Positions 17,338 to 17,927 of a stretch of DNA of 17,927 nt are shown piece after piece; within the stretch, counting starts at the first letter, position 1, and the number at the start of each line of letters is the position of its first letter. The stretch covers positions 1 to 17,927 of the forward strand of contig CAWEDJ010000096.1 in the NCBI GenBank assembly GCA_963807635.1, given 5' to 3'. The notes below the pieces were generated by a model. It did no database searches. It was given only the letters and a program-made list of their open reading frames with translations, and was not told the DNA's origin. Made by a program: the position numbers and the translations under genes. Source of the DNA: an uncultured cyanobacterium (GTDB taxonomy: Bacteria; Cyanobacteriota; Cyanobacteriia; Cyanobacteriales; Microcystaceae).

Positions 17338-17927
17338 GGCTTGCTGAAAAAGTCAAAAAACAGGAAGAGGGGATTAATTTATGAATTTAAGGCGAGTAAA
17401 ACATAAGGGTTAAATGAATTGTCAACACAAAGCATAAGCTGGGCTAATAAGAGGGCAGAAAAATAAGCTCTTCTTCCGAAAAAGACAAAAAAAACGTAAA
17501 ACCTGCCGAAGCAGGGCAAAAAGATTGATGACTAAAAAGGTGATAGCAATAGCGGTTTCAGAGGTATCAGGAAGTTTTGTCATAACTCGATTGAGGCTAA
17601 ATCGTCTCTTTGCTTGACCAAATTTGCCTTCAATAGCATTACGGTCTCTTTCATCTTGAAGAGCTTCTTTCTTTTCTGGACTAATATTTGTGGGTCGTCT
17701 TCCCAAGGGTGGGCCACTCAATCGAATTCCCTTCTCCTTACAAAAAGCGCCGATATTCCCTTGTGCGATAGATTGCATCAGCATGAACAGACTGGGGATA
17801 GTAGCCTGTCTCACGTTTAAACTCTTCTATTTGTCCTTTGAAGTCGCCTGATTCATTATAATTATCCCAACTTAATCGGTATAAATAAAGATATCCATTC
17901 ACATAACTTGCTGATAGTTTTGCACCA
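17337..17927 (-). mobile_element. IS5-family element, 3' part, with frameshifted transposase; runs off the window
   Basis: The minus strand reads GAKLSASYVNG...SWDNYNESGD...GYYPQSVHADAIYRTRE, then shifts frame near 17750 into AFCKEKGIRLSGPPLGR...RNAIEGKFGQAKRRFSL (stop at 17422). Putative terminal repeat (G)GGCTTGCTGAAAAAG starts at 17337-17338. Confidence 0.85.

Overview
Cyanobacterial chromosomal window: about 23 HIP1 (GCGATCGC) sites by manual count, plus chlG. The left edge (1-92) is the end of a Tn7-like transposon, with terminal TGTACA and three tandem TnsB-type sites, inserted 41 bp past the 3' end of a tRNA-Val(CAC). The end sequence and PAM spacing fit the left end of a type V-K CRISPR-associated transposon whose body lies outside the window. 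Next come mntH with a ManR-type direct-repeat operator, a small hypothetical gene, chlG and an arsM-arsS arsenosugar gene pair in which arsM is split by a 1-nt frameshift. These are followed by an orphan Wzc/GumC-like protein with degenerate kinase motifs, ppx, a NiCoT transporter, two small exported proteins, a DUF1400-type alpha/beta hydrolase, an RppA/NrsR-like response regulator, a small membrane protein and an M48 peptidase. The right edge is a cluster of mobile-element remnants: a 113-bp MITE-like element, an IS4-family fragment and a frameshifted IS5-family transposase. All family assignments come from motif recognition; no database searches were run.
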